A stretch of 64,000 bases of DNA from Candidatus Culexmicrobium cathedralense. Lineage in GTDB: Archaea > Thermoproteota > Methanomethylicia > Culexarchaeales > Culexmicrobiaceae. Within the stretch, counting starts at the first letter, position 1. Every line of letters begins with the position of its first letter. Both the position numbers and the translations under genes were made by a program. The notes beneath the pieces were generated by a model. That model did not search any database, had not been told where the DNA came from, and saw nothing but the letters and a program-made list of their open reading frames with translations. Location of the stretch: assembly GCA_025061115.1 (NCBI GenBank), contig JANZKC010000002.1, positions 256,001 through 320,000 of the forward strand. Direction: 5' to 3'. Below are positions 61,940 through 64,000 of the stretch, piece after piece.

Positions 61940-63097
61940 TCAGCCTCCCACCACATTATGACATGCAACGTAATGATTCTTTTTAACTTCAATTAATTCT
62001 GGAACTTCACGTCTACATTTTTCAGTTGCATAAGCACATCGAGGGTGAAAGCGGCAACCGCTTGGGGGATTTATTAGATTTGGAATAACTCCAGGTATTG
62101 ATTTAAATGGTTTGCCCGGTCTGGGTATCGATTCTAATAGGGCTCTTGTATATGGGTGCAATGGATTCTTAAATATTTCATGTACATCTGCAAGTTCACA
62201 AATATTTCCCGCATACATTACTGCTACTCGATCACATACCTCAGCAACCACACCAAAGTCATGCGTAATATAAATTATGGAGGACAACAACCTTTTTTGT
62301 AGCTCTTTAATTAGTTTAAGTATTTGCGCTTGAATTGTTACATCGAGATTTGTTGTCGGTTCATCTGCTATCATTATTTTTGGGTTACATGCTAGTGCCA
62401 TTGCAATTACTACGCGTTGCTTCATTCCACCGCTCAACTCGTGGGGATACATATTAATTATTCTCTCAGGATCAGGAAAACCCATCGATTTAAGTAGCAC
62501 CATCACATCCTTCTTAACCTCTTCTTCAACTAGCTTTTTAATTCTCTTTAATAATGGTAATTTTAGAATTATTGAAATGAAAAGTGAATTTGGATTTTTA
62601 ATTAGTTCATTAAGAATTTTCTTTTCAATATTTAGAAAATATTTCCTTAAAGATCCCTTTTCATCTTTAAGTTTATTCTCAACTATTCTTAATGCGTCCT
62701 TATAGTACTTCACCTTTCTATGGATGAGCAATGCTTCACTTATCTGCTCACCAATTTTATAAAGTGGATCTAATGCTGCTCCTGGCTCTTGAAATATTAT
62801 GGATATGTATCGCCCCCTTATTTTTTCTAGGTATTTTTCATCTTTCTCCATTAAGTTTACCATTCCATCGTCAGTTTTAAGATAAATTTTTCCATCCTCA
62901 ATTCTTCCTGGATGAGGCGTTAAGCGCATTACTGATAGAGCTGTGACACTTTTACCGCAACCTGTTTCTCCAACAACACCTAATATTTCTCCTTCTTTAA
63001 GAAATAGGCTTACTTTCTCAATTGCCTTTACTATTCCTTCGTAAGTATAGAATCTTACTTTTAAGTCTTCAACCTTCAGCACAATGTCGTTTTCCAC
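61940..63097 (-). CDS. Oligo/dipeptide ABC transporter ATPase (OppD/DppD-like)
   Basis: GETGCGKS, LSGGMKQR and DEPTT. Confidence 0.92.
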   Translation of the reverse strand: MENDIVLKVEDLKVRFYTYEGIVKAIEKVSLFLKEGEILGVVGETGCGKSVTALSVMRLTPHPGRIEDGKIYLKTDDGMVNLMEKDEKYLEKIRGRYISIIFQEPGAALDPLYKIGEQISEALLIHRKVKYYKDALRIVENKLKDEKGSLRKYFLNIEKKILNELIKNPNSLFISIILKLPLLKRIKKLVEEEVKKDVMVLLKSMGFPDPERIINMYPHELSGGMKQRVVIAMALACNPKIMIADEPTTNLDVTIQAQILKLIKELQKRLLSSIIYITHDFGVVAEVCDRVAVMYAGNICELADVHEIFKNPLHPYTRALLESIPRPGKPFKSIPGVIPNLINPPSGCRFHPRCAYATEKCRREVPELIEVKKNHYVACHNVVGG

Positions 63098-63099
63098 AT

Positions 63100-63981
63100 T
63101 TATCTCCTCCTAACTAGTGGATCTAACATGTCTCTAAATGCGTCTCCTAGAAGGTTCCATCCGAGAACAAATGTGAATATGAATAAGCCAGGTATCGTGT
63201 ACGTATACCAGAATGCCAATGGATTTCCCGGTAAGCCCAATATCCAGTTTCTTGATAACGATATCATTGCACCCCAATCAGCATATCCAGCCGGAGAACC
63301 GAGTCCTAAGAAACTTAGCGCCGAGGCAGCTAAAACCACATTTCCAATATTCATTGAAGCCATTATGATCACTGGGTAAATTGCGTTTGGAAGGACATGT
63401 TTAGCAATGATCCTTAAATTTGAGCACCCTATTGCTCTTGCTGCCTCTATATAATCTTCATTCTTTATTCTCATGACTTCAGCTCTCATAAGCCTTGCAT
63501 AAGTTGGCCAGCCAACAATTATCATGGCTTTAATTACATTGTCGAGTCCCACACCCAATAATACTACAATTGCCATTGCAAGTACAATTGTTGGTATTGC
63601 GTAGAACATGTCCGTTATTCTCATTATTATTTCATCAATTTTACCGCCATAGTATCCGGCAATGCTTCCAATAATTATTCCAATTATTAACGTGCCAATT
63701 GTCGTCAGTATACCCGTTCTAAAGGCAGTTCTAACACCCCAAATACATCCATAATATATGTCATATTGTCCTTCAGTTGTACCCCAAATTGCCTTTTCTG
63801 ACGGAGGCGAAGGCATTGGAGAAACTCCATAGCATGGCATTATGTATGGATCTCTACCCGGCTGAGGAGGAGCTAGGACGGGAGCCAGAATAGCTATAAC
63901 AGCATAAAAAAATATTATTGACATTCCAATTATGGACAATGGACTCTGCCTTATTCTTTTAAATGTAAATTTTATCTCCAT
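63100..63981 (-). CDS. Oligo/dipeptide ABC transporter permease (OppC/DppC-like)
   Basis: EAA motif YIEAARAIG, HVLPN and LLGDAFRD.LDP. Confidence 0.92.
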   Translation of the reverse strand: MEIKFTFKRIRQSPLSIIGMSIIFFYAVIAILAPVLAPPQPGRDPYIMPCYGVSPMPSPPSEKAIWGTTEGQYDIYYGCIWGVRTAFRTGILTTIGTLIIGIIIGSIAGYYGGKIDEIIMRITDMFYAIPTIVLAMAIVVLLGVGLDNVIKAMIIVGWPTYARLMRAEVMRIKNEDYIEAARAIGCSNLRIIAKHVLPNAIYPVIIMASMNIGNVVLAASALSFLGLGSPAGYADWGAMISLSRNWILGLPGNPLAFWYTYTIPGLFIFTFVLGWNLLGDAFRDMLDPLVRRR

Positions 63982-64000
63982 AATTAATGGTCCAAGTGAT

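Noticed and set aside
1-64000. CRISPR array, rRNA genes, integrase or transposase
   Set aside because: No regularly spaced repeats, rRNA-like tracts or recombinase motifs were seen.

Overview
Archaeal chromosomal window, probably Thermoproteota/TACK (inferred from the Cdc6, RFC, GINS, MCM, Hel308, PAC2 and archaeal pilin genes and the C/D sRNAs). It holds housekeeping genes (larE, thiI, moaABC-type genes, truA, a replication cluster, pncB, HDAC), a tungstate ABC transporter, a CobN/ChlID chelatase module, a type IV pilus-like locus, two paralogous amidohydrolase pairs, several pseudogenes, three tRNAs and three candidate C/D-box/K-turn sRNAs. The stand-out feature is tRNA-Phe(GAA) at 2860-3570. 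It is interrupted at position 30/31 by a 637-nt intron with a strict bulge-helix-bulge (BHB) motif and a perfect 20-bp closing stem. The intron carries a frameshifted two-motif LAGLIDADG homing endonuclease. Ligating the intron ends into a circle would create an overlapping ATGA that supplies both the start and the stop codon of that ORF. All calls were made by reading the sequence; no searches were run.
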